From the NCBI GenBank assembly GCA_025059075.1, contig JANXDZ010000006.1:1169-65168 (forward strand): 64,000 nucleotides of DNA. Reading direction: 5' to 3'. Position numbers and translations under genes: made by a program. This document shows, piece after piece, positions 9,571 through 18,272 of this stretch (the stretch's first letter is position 1; the number at the start of each line of letters is the position of its first letter). Below the pieces are notes generated by a model, which saw nothing but the letters and a program-made list of their open reading frames with translations, was not told where the DNA came from and made no database searches. The DNA is from Sulfolobales archaeon. GTDB taxonomy: Archaea > Thermoproteota > Thermoprotei_A > Sulfolobales > Desulfurococcaceae.

Positions 9571-11124
9571 ATGGGCTCCTGTTCAGCATCGCTGCTTGGA
9601 GCACTGACACCTATGCTTGCATCCGCTGCTTTCCTACTTCCGCTATTTGGTCTACGCATTAAGAATAGAGCTTTTTACCACTCTTATTCAATAGCGTTTG
9701 CAACACTGGCTTTAGCAACAACAGCCTGGGGATTCGTTGAGGTAAATAATTGTGGTGTACTCACATATGCTTTCGGCGGCTGGCCTCCACCATATGGGAT
9801 AGCTTATAGAGTTGATGCAGCCAGTGGATTGCTTGCACTGTTTACATCAGCAGTTATGTGGTTCATAGTTCTCTACAGTGTTTGGTATGGTAAGTACATA
9901 GATGACGTTGTCTGGTACTATACTTTGCTACTGGGAATGGAATCAGGGCTTATAGGCTGTTTGTTAACAGGCGATGTATTCAACTTATTTGTAATGCTTG
10001 AAGTACTATCAATATCAGCCTACGGGCTCGTGGCCTACTATAGATCTAGACCAGATGCTGTTGAAGCTGCAATGAAGTACGCATTCATAGGAGCTGTTGC
10101 AACCACTTTATACTTCATATCAACTGTAATAATATATAGCTGCTATGGAACGCTGAACATGGTTGATCTATCTATTAAGGCTAGGGGTAGAGAAGGGATG
10201 TTATTAGATGGATTTTATGGAGAAGCCCACCTTGCATCAGCTACCGCAATATCGCTAGCTCTATGGACTTTTACTTTTAAGTCGGCTTTATTCCCAAACC
10301 ACTTCTGGCTGCCTGATGCTCATCCAGAGGCTCCTACACCTGTTTCAGCAGCTTTATCAGGCTTAGTAGTCAATATAGGTGCTTACGCTACTCTAAGATT
10401 TATGTACTCAATATTTGGGCAGGGGAGTATCATTGACGTCTATTGGTTTAGAACAGCTGTTTTTACATCCATTGCAGTAATGGCATCTCTATCGGCAATT
10501 ATTGGTGCATTACTGATGTTAGTTCAAAGCGATGTGAAGAAGTTTTTAGCGTACAGCACCATATCCCATATAGGCCTCATATACTTAGGCATTGCTTCAG
10601 GCTTAAGCGGGAGTAGTGAAGCTACAGTCATAGGTATTGAAGGCTCAATTTACCACATAGTTAATCACGGTGTTGGAAAAGCTCTCTTATTCCTTGCAAT
10701 AGGGATTTTAATAGCGGCCGCTAGATCGAGGAATATAGAGGATCTAGCTGGCTTAGGTAGATGCTTTCCACTAACTTCTATAGCTATCTTAATAGGCGTT
10801 TTACACTTAGCTGGTGTAGCTCCCTTAGGAGGGTTCTTCAGTAAGTTGTACCTATTCTCAGCCTATATTATTGTTGGAATAATTCCCTTTGCAATCTTTC
10901 TAATAGTTGCATCAGCCATAAGTTTGCTTGGATACGTAAAGCTCATTTACACATTGATGCTTAAGGCTCCGGCAAGGAGCCCTGCGTTAAATGTTGGGCT
11001 ACTAGTCCAAGTACTAGTCTTAGCTATGTCAACACTATGCCTTATCCTCGGAGTTTGGTATACTGATGTCAGTAAGATACTTGCTACAGGAGCTGAGAGC
11101 CTCCTTAACATAGCTGTTTCTTGA
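9571..11124 (+). CDS. mbhH: MrpD/NuoL-N-like antiporter subunit of membrane-bound hydrogenase (first copy)
   Basis: 517-aa polytopic protein with TGDVFNLFVMLEVLSISAYGL, FKSALFPNHFWLPDAHPEAPTPVSA and YSTISHIG, hallmarks of the NuoL/M/N-MrpA/D family. Confidence 0.8.
   Translation: MGSCSASLLGALTPMLASAAFLLPLFGLRIKNRAFYHSYSIAFATLALATTAWGFVEVNNCGVLTYAFGGWPPPYGIAYRVDAASGLLALFTSAVMWFIVLYSVWYGKYIDDVVWYYTLLLGMESGLIGCLLTGDVFNLFVMLEVLSISAYGLVAYYRSRPDAVEAAMKYAFIGAVATTLYFISTVIIYSCYGTLNMVDLSIKARGREGMLLDGFYGEAHLASATAISLALWTFTFKSALFPNHFWLPDAHPEAPTPVSAALSGLVVNIGAYATLRFMYSIFGQGSIIDVYWFRTAVFTSIAVMASLSAIIGALLMLVQSDVKKFLAYSTISHIGLIYLGIASGLSGSSEATVIGIEGSIYHIVNHGVGKALLFLAIGILIAAARSRNIEDLAGLGRCFPLTSIAILIGVLHLAGVAPLGGFFSKLYLFSAYIIVGIIPFAIFLIVASAISLLGYVKLIYTLMLKAPARSPALNVGLLVQVLVLAMSTLCLILGVWYTDVSKILATGAESLLNIAVS
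9967..10028 (+). repeat. 62-nt tract perfectly identical to 16693..16754 (copy 1, inside first MrpD-like gene)
   Basis: Read directly: acaggcgatgtattcaacttatttgtaatgcttgaagtactatcaatatcagcctacgggct. The flanking bases differ between copies. Confidence 0.95.
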
Positions 11125-11185
11125 AAACCACACGTATTGTATTTAATTGAGTTCCTGCGCTAGTCTAAGTAACAGGGATGTGCTT

Positions 11186-11626
11186 ATGAGCAGGGCTAAA
11201 GTAATTAGTTACTCACCCTGGGTAGCTCACTTCAATACAGGTGCATGCAATGGATGCGATATAGAGGTTTTAGCTACACTCACTCCACTCTATGACCCTG
11301 AGAGATTTGGAGTAAAGCTATCTCCCTCAATAAGGCATGCTGACATATTAATAGTAACAGGTGCTGTAACTAAGAAGGCTGCTGAAAGGCTTAAGAGACT
11401 CTATGAGCAAATGCCTAGACCTAAGTACGTCATAGCTGTAGGTGCTTGCGCTATAGATGGAGGAGTGTTTTCTAAATCCTATAGCGTAGTCGCTGGAGCT
11501 GATAGAGTAGTTCCAGTGGATGTATATGTCCCAGGATGCCCCCCTAGACCTGAAGCTATTTTAGATGGAATCTTACAGCTCGTCCAGAAGCTGAGGAGCG
11601 GTGGTGTAAGTGGAGGCTCTAAGTGA
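11186..11626 (+). CDS. mbhJ: [NiFe]-hydrogenase small subunit, NuoB/MbhJ-like
   Basis: Four Cys for one [4Fe-4S]: GACNGCDIE, VGACAIDGG, VPGCPPRPE. The track start at 11147 (TTG) is possible, but ATG at 11186 (MSRAKVISYSPW) fits family length better. Confidence 0.85.
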   Translation: MSRAKVISYSPWVAHFNTGACNGCDIEVLATLTPLYDPERFGVKLSPSIRHADILIVTGAVTKKAAERLKRLYEQMPRPKYVIAVGACAIDGGVFSKSYSVVAGADRVVPVDVYVPGCPPRPEAILDGILQLVQKLRSGGVSGGSK

Positions 11627-12053
11627 ACTACTAAAGGAGTATGCCTTAACCACGTACTCCGTTAAGCCAAATAGATTAGTAATTGAAATACCTAAGGAGA
11701 GAGTGAAGAATGCATTAAAAGTAATTAAGGAAAAGCACGGTGATACAGGGATCTATGTATCCACAATTGTTGGAACTGATTTTCCTGATAAAAAGCAGGT
11801 GAGGTTGGATTACTACTTAGTAACTCACCCTGACGATAAAGTATATGTATTGAGAACATGGCTCTCTAGAGAAGACCCTAGAGTAGACTCTATACTAGAC
11901 TTATTTCCAGGAGCTCTCTCAGGCGAGTGTGAAACACACGACCTCCTTGGAGTAGTATTTGAAGGAAATCCATTCATAAAGAGGGAGTTCTTTGCGCCAA
12001 CTGACGTAGCGTCAAAAGGAGTGTTCCCACTTAGAAAGGATAGTGGTGTATAG
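11610..12053 (+). CDS. mbhK: NuoC/MbhK-like hydrogenase subunit
   Basis: 147 aa between the small and large subunit genes. Its size and the ECETHDLLGVVFEGNP pattern match 30-kDa (NuoC) family subunits. Confidence 0.7.
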   Translation: MEALSELLKEYALTTYSVKPNRLVIEIPKERVKNALKVIKEKHGDTGIYVSTIVGTDFPDKKQVRLDYYLVTHPDDKVYVLRTWLSREDPRVDSILDLFPGALSGECETHDLLGVVFEGNPFIKREFFAPTDVASKGVFPLRKDSGV

Positions 12054-12055
12054 AA

Positions 12056-13246
12056 TTGACTGTGGATAAAGTCATTGAAATACCTGTATCACTTGAAGTA
12101 CCCATAGGTCCTCAGCATCCCGCACTACATGAGCCAGTAATGTTGAAAGTATATGCTGAGGGAGAGGAAGTAGTTAAAGTAGAAGTAAACACTGGGTACA
12201 ACCATAGAGGAATCGAAAGACTTACTGAAAAGAACTCATTCTATAGGAACATATTCATTGTATCGAGAGTCTGCGGCATATGCAACATAGTGCACTCAGA
12301 TGTATATGTGAGAGCTGTAGAACAAGTTATGGACATAGAGCCCTCGAGGAGGGCAAAGTACCTAAGAGTTCTAGCTATGGAGCTTGAAAGGATCCATAGC
12401 CACATGATTATAAACGCCATAATGGCTGAAATATTAGGCTATGACACTTTATTCATGTACATTATGAGGGATCGTGAAAAAGTAATGAAGGCTAAGGAAA
12501 TACTTACTGGAAACAGAGTCTTAGGAGACTACCTAATGGTTGGGGGAGTGAGAAGAGATCTAAATGAAGTGGATAGAGAGAGGCTTAAGAATATATTAGT
12601 TAAGCTAGAACCTGAAGTATGGAAGTACATTAAAGTATTTGAAGAAGATGAGACGCTATGGAAGAGGCTGAGGGGAGTAGGCGTCATAAAGCCGAGAGAC
12701 GTCACTCTACATGGATTAGTGGGTCCTACAGCTAGGGGCTCTGGAGTAAATATTGATGCTAGAAGGGAGGGCTATGATGCGTATGGCGAAGTGCCATTTA
12801 ACATTATTGTTAGAAGCGATATGGATTCTTGGGGTAGGATGATGGTTAGATGGCATGAGACTATAGAGTCGATAAGTATGTGTAAGTACATATTGGAAAA
12901 CCTCCCTAGTAACGGTCCTGCAGTACCTGATGAAACTAGGCTCCCTAGAAAGTTCCCTGTTGGAGAAGCATTTGCTAGAGTTGAAGCACCTAGAGGAGAG
13001 CTTACTTATTACGTAATGAGTGATGGAAGGCAGAACCCGTATAGAGTTAAGATACGAACTCCATCATTTAACAATATCATTAACTCAGGTTTTTCATACA
13101 TAGGCCACACTATAGCTGATGTCCCAGTAATACTTACTAGCTATGATCCATGTATATCGTGCATGGAGAGAGCTATAATCACTGACTTAAGGCGTGGTGA
13201 GAGGATGTACTTGAGATTTAAGGACTTGAGCACGAGGTTGAAGTAA
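12056..13246 (+). CDS. mbhL: [NiFe]-hydrogenase large (catalytic) subunit, group 4, NuoD/MbhL-like
   Basis: N-terminal RVCGICNIVHS (RxCGxCxxxH) and C-terminal DPCISCMER (DPCxxCxxR) are both present, so all four Ni-Fe Cys ligands are retained. 24 residues follow the motif. Confidence 0.9.
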   Translation: MTVDKVIEIPVSLEVPIGPQHPALHEPVMLKVYAEGEEVVKVEVNTGYNHRGIERLTEKNSFYRNIFIVSRVCGICNIVHSDVYVRAVEQVMDIEPSRRAKYLRVLAMELERIHSHMIINAIMAEILGYDTLFMYIMRDREKVMKAKEILTGNRVLGDYLMVGGVRRDLNEVDRERLKNILVKLEPEVWKYIKVFEEDETLWKRLRGVGVIKPRDVTLHGLVGPTARGSGVNIDARREGYDAYGEVPFNIIVRSDMDSWGRMMVRWHETIESISMCKYILENLPSNGPAVPDETRLPRKFPVGEAFARVEAPRGELTYYVMSDGRQNPYRVKIRTPSFNNIINSGFSYIGHTIADVPVILTSYDPCISCMERAIITDLRRGERMYLRFKDLSTRLK

Positions 13247-13642
13247 ATGGGTAAACCTTCTCTAATTAAGGAAGTACTTAAGTGGTTTATTGGAAGGCCA
13301 GTTACAATACAGTATCCATATGAGGGGACGTCTATCGAGGATAGATTTCGAGGCAGGCATTTTGCTGACTTAAATAAGTGCACTGGCTGTAGTCTATGCG
13401 CTATAGAGTGTCCAGCTGATGCCATCAATATGGAGAAGCTTCCAGAGAAAGCTTCTGTACCTAAGAATCCTAGAAGGATATACCCAGTTGTAAGCTACAG
13501 TAAGTGTGTTTACTGCTATAGGTGTGTAACTATCTGCCCGTTTGATGCTTATGTGACTACCAATGACTATAAATTAGCTGGGCCAGCAAGGTTATATTCA
13601 AGAGACTATAGTCTGCAGAGTATTAGAGGCGGTGGGCAGTGA
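13247..13642 (+). CDS. mbhN: 2x[4Fe-4S] ferredoxin-like subunit, NuoI/MbhN-like
   Basis: CTGCSLCAIECP and CVYCYRCVTICP. Confidence 0.85.
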   Translation: MGKPSLIKEVLKWFIGRPVTIQYPYEGTSIEDRFRGRHFADLNKCTGCSLCAIECPADAINMEKLPEKASVPKNPRRIYPVVSYSKCVYCYRCVTICPFDAYVTTNDYKLAGPARLYSRDYSLQSIRGGGQ

Positions 13643-13917
13643 AGGAGCTAATATCAACGTTCATAATTGCAGTGCTACCTATATACATAGCTTCCTTCAC
13701 TCTCTACATGGTTAGGGCGCTAAGGGGGCCTACAGTGCCTGACACAGTATTAGCTATAGATGCCATGACTTTTGATCTAGCAGCATTTCTAGTGATCTTA
13801 GCAATATTCTTTGAATCCCCAATACTCGTGGCTACAGCCATAGTATTAGCCCTATGGATCTACTCTCTAGACATTTATGTAGCTAAGTACCTTGAAGCAA
13901 GGGAAATGGGGGAGTGA
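13639..13917 (+). CDS. MrpF/MnhF-like small membrane subunit
   Basis: 92 aa, about 3 TM segments, immediately upstream of the MrpG-like gene. Assigned by size, position and hydrophobic pattern. Confidence 0.5.
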   Translation: MKELISTFIIAVLPIYIASFTLYMVRALRGPTVPDTVLAIDAMTFDLAAFLVILAIFFESPILVATAIVLALWIYSLDIYVAKYLEAREMGE

Positions 13918-13924
13918 TGAAAGT

Positions 13925-14299
13925 ATGCTTGAAGTGATCGCTATATACTTAGGCCAAGCTCTTATAGCTATAGGAGTGTTCTGTGATTTAATTGCAGCAA
14001 TAGGCCTACTGAGATTCCCAAACTTTTACTTAAGGCTTCACGCAGCTACTGTAGGAACTATTGGAGGAGCCTTTGTTCCACTAATAGGTGCTGCACTACT
14101 TGCTATTGGAAGTACTTACTTAGGAGCTTACAGATGGTTTATAGCTGGAGGAGCCCTAGTGACAGCGATCATAGTCTTAATACTAGCTCCAGCAGGTTCA
14201 CACGCGTTGGCTAGAGCAGCACATAGGTCTCGTGCAGCTGTAGTTGAACCAAAGGTTGTGGATTATTTAGAGGAAGATGAGGTGAGTAAGAGTGGTTGA
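13925..14299 (+). CDS. MrpG/MnhG-like membrane subunit
   Basis: LLRFPNFYLRLHAATVGTIGG resembles the MnhG signature. ATG at 13925 (MLEVIAIYLG) is preferred over the track start at 13892, which overlaps the preceding gene. Confidence 0.65.
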   Translation: MLEVIAIYLGQALIAIGVFCDLIAAIGLLRFPNFYLRLHAATVGTIGGAFVPLIGAALLAIGSTYLGAYRWFIAGGALVTAIIVLILAPAGSHALARAAHRSRAAVVEPKVVDYLEEDEVSKSG

Positions 14300-14555
14300 A
14301 GCGTCAGTAATAGTGCTTGGCATAATGGCTCTATTCGCGCTTTCCTCAACTATAGCTACTTACTTAGCCATCACTGAGAGGAGCTTAGTTAAGGCAGTGT
14401 TATACTCAGCTGTACAAAGCACTCTCTATGCACTTATCTACTACTTACTAATGGCCCCCGACATAGTCTTAGTTTATGTACCTGTTTCAGTTGGCTTATA
14501 TCCAGCCATAATACTGATGTTAATAAAGAAGACTGAGAAAGAGGAGGAGGGTTAA
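14292..14555 (+). CDS. small membrane subunit (MrpB N-terminal/MbhD-like)
   Basis: 87 aa, about 3 TM segments, inside the Mrp module. Weak assignment from context. Confidence 0.45.
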   Translation: MVEASVIVLGIMALFALSSTIATYLAITERSLVKAVLYSAVQSTLYALIYYLLMAPDIVLVYVPVSVGLYPAIILMLIKKTEKEEEG

Positions 14556-15371
14556 TTGAGGAGGCTGCTTGGACTATTAGTAATAGTGTTGTTCATAACG
14601 CTCTTCGCTCTAGTAATAGCTAGTGGAGGTCTTGGTTATGAAGTGCCTCCATTGAGAGTGAGAGAGTTAGCTAGACAATTCCTAATCTATGCTTACAACC
14701 CATTTAACACTACTTTTACTGCAAAGTCTCCTGAAGCAGTGACATCAATAGTTTGGGACTTCCGTGGCTTAGATACGCTATTTGAAACATTAGTGTTCTA
14801 CTTAGCGATAATAGGTGCTCTCTCACTCTATAGAGGTGTAGAGTCAGAGAGGAGAACTGAAGTAATATCCCTTGGCCTTTCACCAATAGTGAAGACAGTG
14901 ACTAAAGTAACTACTGGAATAATAATAGCTGTAGCTGCCTCAATAGCTCTCCACGGACACTTAACTCCAGGAGGCGGATTCCAAGGCGGAGCAACAGCAG
15001 CTGTTGCTCCACTACTCATACTCATAGTGTTTTCCAAGTACTTCCTTGAGAATCTAGGGTTGAGGAAGAACGTGTTGCTTGCATTAAGAAGCATAGGATT
15101 ATTAGGCATTGGGATGACTGCCTTCTCAGCACTCATAGTAGGCTTAATGGCTAATAGCCCAGCGTACGTATTTCAAAACCAGCCTAAGCCTGATGCACCA
15201 GTAGGACTGCCCGCCTATATAGGCGATAGCTTGATAAGCGGCACACTGTGGTTTTTCAACTTCTTTGAAATGTTTGCAGTTGCAGCTGGATTTACAGTAA
15301 TATTCCTGCTCTTGGGGATACCTGAAGGAGAAATATTGAAGCAGTTGAAGGAGGAGGCTGAAGAACATTGA
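14556..15371 (+). CDS. MrpB/MnhB-like membrane subunit
   Basis: 271-aa polytopic protein with HLTPGGGFQGGA, a motif typical of the MnhB domain. Confidence 0.55.
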   Translation: MRRLLGLLVIVLFITLFALVIASGGLGYEVPPLRVRELARQFLIYAYNPFNTTFTAKSPEAVTSIVWDFRGLDTLFETLVFYLAIIGALSLYRGVESERRTEVISLGLSPIVKTVTKVTTGIIIAVAASIALHGHLTPGGGFQGGATAAVAPLLILIVFSKYFLENLGLRKNVLLALRSIGLLGIGMTAFSALIVGLMANSPAYVFQNQPKPDAPVGLPAYIGDSLISGTLWFFNFFEMFAVAAGFTVIFLLLGIPEGEILKQLKEEAEEH

Positions 15372-15772
15372 TTGATGTCTTTACATTCCTATTCACAATA
15401 TGCATGCTTTCGATAGTAGTGAACTTAGGCATATCGCTCTACGGAGTTCTATATAAGCCAAGCTTAATTAAGAAGATCATTTCATTAACTATATTCAGTG
15501 ATTCAGCTAACATTACAGCAATTATAATAGGCTATGTAAGGTGGCGGAACCCCGGGGAAATAGCTCCACCAGTGTTACTGAACCCTAATCCTACGTTAGA
15601 AGACATAGAGGAGTTCGCTAAAGTAGCTGTAGATCCTTTGCCGCAAGCACTAGTGTTAACAGCCATAGTCATAGGGCTAGCTGTAACGCTTTTCCTAGTC
15701 TTCCTAACTCTACAAATATATAGATTCTATGGAACAACTGATGTAAGGCGGATAGCTAAATTAAAGGGGTGA
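15368..15772 (+). CDS. MrpC/NuoK-like membrane subunit
   Basis: 134 aa, about 3 TM segments. TTG start overlaps the upstream stop. Position and size are as in Mrp/Mbh modules. Confidence 0.55.
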   Translation: MIDVFTFLFTICMLSIVVNLGISLYGVLYKPSLIKKIISLTIFSDSANITAIIIGYVRWRNPGEIAPPVLLNPNPTLEDIEEFAKVAVDPLPQALVLTAIVIGLAVTLFLVFLTLQIYRFYGTTDVRRIAKLKG

Positions 15773-15777
15773 TCTAA

Positions 15778-16284
15778 GTGAAGAGGCTTGCCAAGGCGTT
15801 TGGACCAATAGTGCTGACTTTCATAATTTACATAACGTTCAGTGGATCAGTGTCCATATATGATTTAGTGAGCGGCGTTATTGTAGCACTAGTAGTTGGA
15901 TTACTTGTAGCAAACTTAGTTGTAAGCAAGCCTAATAAATTACTTCAAATGCAGAGGCTTGCATGGCTAGCAGCATATAGCATCTATTACTTCTTTGTAG
16001 CTGAGGTAAAAGCTCACTTAGATGTCATATATAGAATACTTCATCCAAAGATGCCCATTAACCCTGGGATAGTCCGTGTGCCATACAGTGTTGAAACTGA
16101 TTATGCTATGACAACATTAGCAAATTCAATAACTAATACTCCTGGTACAGTGGTAGTAGACTTAGATCAGAGTCGAAAGATTTACTACATTCACTGGATT
16201 TACATCAAAGACTTAACTCCCACGGGTGCTAGGGAACACATATCTGAGATCTTTGAAAAATATACTAAAAAGATCTTTGATTGA
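15778..16284 (+). CDS. MrpE/MnhE-like subunit
   Basis: 168 aa with two N-terminal TM segments and a soluble C-terminal part. Context-based assignment. Confidence 0.5.
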   Translation: MKRLAKAFGPIVLTFIIYITFSGSVSIYDLVSGVIVALVVGLLVANLVVSKPNKLLQMQRLAWLAAYSIYYFFVAEVKAHLDVIYRILHPKMPINPGIVRVPYSVETDYAMTTLANSITNTPGTVVVDLDQSRKIYYIHWIYIKDLTPTGAREHISEIFEKYTKKIFD

Positions 16285-16293
16285 GGGATCTGC

Positions 16294-17910
16294 ATGAACT
16301 TCGCCTCGAACGTTGTTGGAGCAATAACTCCTCTGCTTGCGATCTCATCGTTTAGCATTCCATTGCTAAGCTTGTTTATAAAGAATAAGAAGTTCTACAA
16401 TGCTTATGCACTAACCATATCAGCTATAGCTCTAGCTATGTCTTCATGGACTTTCGCGAGATTAATTGAAGGAGGCTATAAGCCTATAGTATATAAGTTC
16501 GGGGGATGGCCTCCTCCAGTAGGAATAGTTTATGAAGTGGATGCACTTAACGGTCTTCTAGGCCTCTACGCATCACTAGTGATGTTCATAGCTTTCCTCT
16601 TTAGTACATGGTACTCAAAGTTCATAGATGATGTGACTTGGTACTATACTTTATTGCTAGGGCTAGAGACAGGTATTATTGGCTGTATATATACAGGCGA
16701 TGTATTCAACTTATTTGTAATGCTTGAAGTACTATCAATATCAGCCTACGGGCTTGCAGCATTCTTCACTAGGAGGCCCACTGCCTTAGAGGCAGCATTT
16801 AAGTATGCATTTATTGGAGCTTTAGTGACTACGCTCTACTTCATAGCTACAGTAATTCTATACAGCGCCTATGGAACGCTCAACATGGCTGACTTGCTGG
16901 GTAAGTCGACTCTAGCCTCTAGCAGTGGGTTTAGTGGATGGTTATTTGGAGACGTAACTTCGGCATCACTGGCTGCTATAGCCTTCACCCTGTGGGTATT
17001 CACTTTTAAGTCAGCTCTATTTCCAAACCACTTCTGGGTGCCTGACGTATACTCTGCTGCCCCGGTTCCAGTAATTGCAGCATTTTCAGGAGCTGTAGAG
17101 ATAACTGGCGTCTATGTAGTAGTCAGATTCATGTATACATTATTTGGGGCAGAGAGTGTGCTAGCATTAAATGGCTATAGAGACTCGATTCTCTTAATAC
17201 TATTAATACTTGGAATAGCCTCAGGCATCGTTGGATCACTGATGATGATCCTGCAGAAAAATGCCTATAGATTGCTTGGCTACAGTACCATAAGTCACAT
17301 AGGCCTCCTATACATGGTTCTATCGTTAGGGATGAGCAGTATTCCAAGCGACGTCTTGAAGACGGCTCTTACAGCGCTCGTATATCACATAGTTAACTTT
17401 GGTCTAGGCAAAGTTCTAATGATATCCTCAGTAGGCCTTGTTTCTACACCGACTGGAGAAAGAGACTTAGATAAGTTAAGTGGCTTAAGCAGGCTTTATC
17501 CAATAGCGTCCATAGGGATCACTATGGCAGTCTTTCAATTAATAGGCTTAATTCCATTTGGAGGATTCTATAGTAAGTTGCTAATGTACCAAGCATTTAT
17601 TTCAAGCGGCCAACCTATGTTGGCTGTAGCACTAATAGCTATTTCAGCTATAAGTAGCTTAGGCTACCTTAAGATATTTTACGCTCTCATATTTCCACCA
17701 CTATTGAGGAGCAGTGTAAAGGAGCGTGAAGGAGTAGTGATACCCATAGTTTCAGCATTAGCAGTAGCCGTCTTATTGCTCGGCCTATTCTCACCAGCAG
17801 TATCAAAGTTTATTGAGACAGTAGTTGAAAACTCCCTGATGCCTAAAGGAGTTAAAATGTATTATGAATCGTTCATAGAAGTACTGAGGAACTATACTGG
17901 AGGCGGCTAG
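16294..17910 (+). CDS. mbhH: MrpD/NuoL-N-like antiporter subunit (second copy)
   Basis: 538-aa paralogue of 9571..11124 with the same motifs: TGDVFNLFVMLEVLSISAYGL, FKSALFPNHFWVPDVY, YSTISHIG. Confidence 0.8.
   Translation: MNFASNVVGAITPLLAISSFSIPLLSLFIKNKKFYNAYALTISAIALAMSSWTFARLIEGGYKPIVYKFGGWPPPVGIVYEVDALNGLLGLYASLVMFIAFLFSTWYSKFIDDVTWYYTLLLGLETGIIGCIYTGDVFNLFVMLEVLSISAYGLAAFFTRRPTALEAAFKYAFIGALVTTLYFIATVILYSAYGTLNMADLLGKSTLASSSGFSGWLFGDVTSASLAAIAFTLWVFTFKSALFPNHFWVPDVYSAAPVPVIAAFSGAVEITGVYVVVRFMYTLFGAESVLALNGYRDSILLILLILGIASGIVGSLMMILQKNAYRLLGYSTISHIGLLYMVLSLGMSSIPSDVLKTALTALVYHIVNFGLGKVLMISSVGLVSTPTGERDLDKLSGLSRLYPIASIGITMAVFQLIGLIPFGGFYSKLLMYQAFISSGQPMLAVALIAISAISSLGYLKIFYALIFPPLLRSSVKEREGVVIPIVSALAVAVLLLGLFSPAVSKFIETVVENSLMPKGVKMYYESFIEVLRNYTGGG
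16693..16754 (+). repeat. 62-nt tract perfectly identical to 9967..10028 (copy 2, inside second MrpD-like gene)
   Basis: Same 62-mer read directly. It encodes TGDVFNLFVMLEVLSISAYGL in both genes. Confidence 0.95.
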
Positions 17911-17912
17911 CT

Positions 17913-18272
17913 ATGCTGATAGCAAGTGATCCTATATCTGCATCCATACTTATTTCCTTAGTGATGCTCTATCTAACACTACTACTATATATAGTAATAA
18001 GAGTATTGAAGCCTAAGCATAGTGAAAGCAGCGATGAATCTAGGGAAATGTATTTAGGTGGAGAACACCCCAGTATACTCTCTAAACCCCATGTATTACA
18101 GTCAGGACTTTACTGGGCTATAGTATTCAGGGACTTTAAGAAGGCTTACCGCGGACTTGTGGAAAAAATGCATACTGGAAGAGTCATTGACTGGGCATAT
18201 TACATGACTGCTTGGCTGCTGATACTACTATTACTGGCCATAATTGCATTGGGAATAAGTGCCTTAGTCTAG
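17913..18272 (+). CDS. small membrane protein (MbhI-like position)
   Basis: 119 aa with N- and C-terminal TM segments, between the antiporter and NuoH-like genes. Confidence 0.4.
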   Translation: MLIASDPISASILISLVMLYLTLLLYIVIRVLKPKHSESSDESREMYLGGEHPSILSKPHVLQSGLYWAIVFRDFKKAYRGLVEKMHTGRVIDWAYYMTAWLLILLLLAIIALGISALV

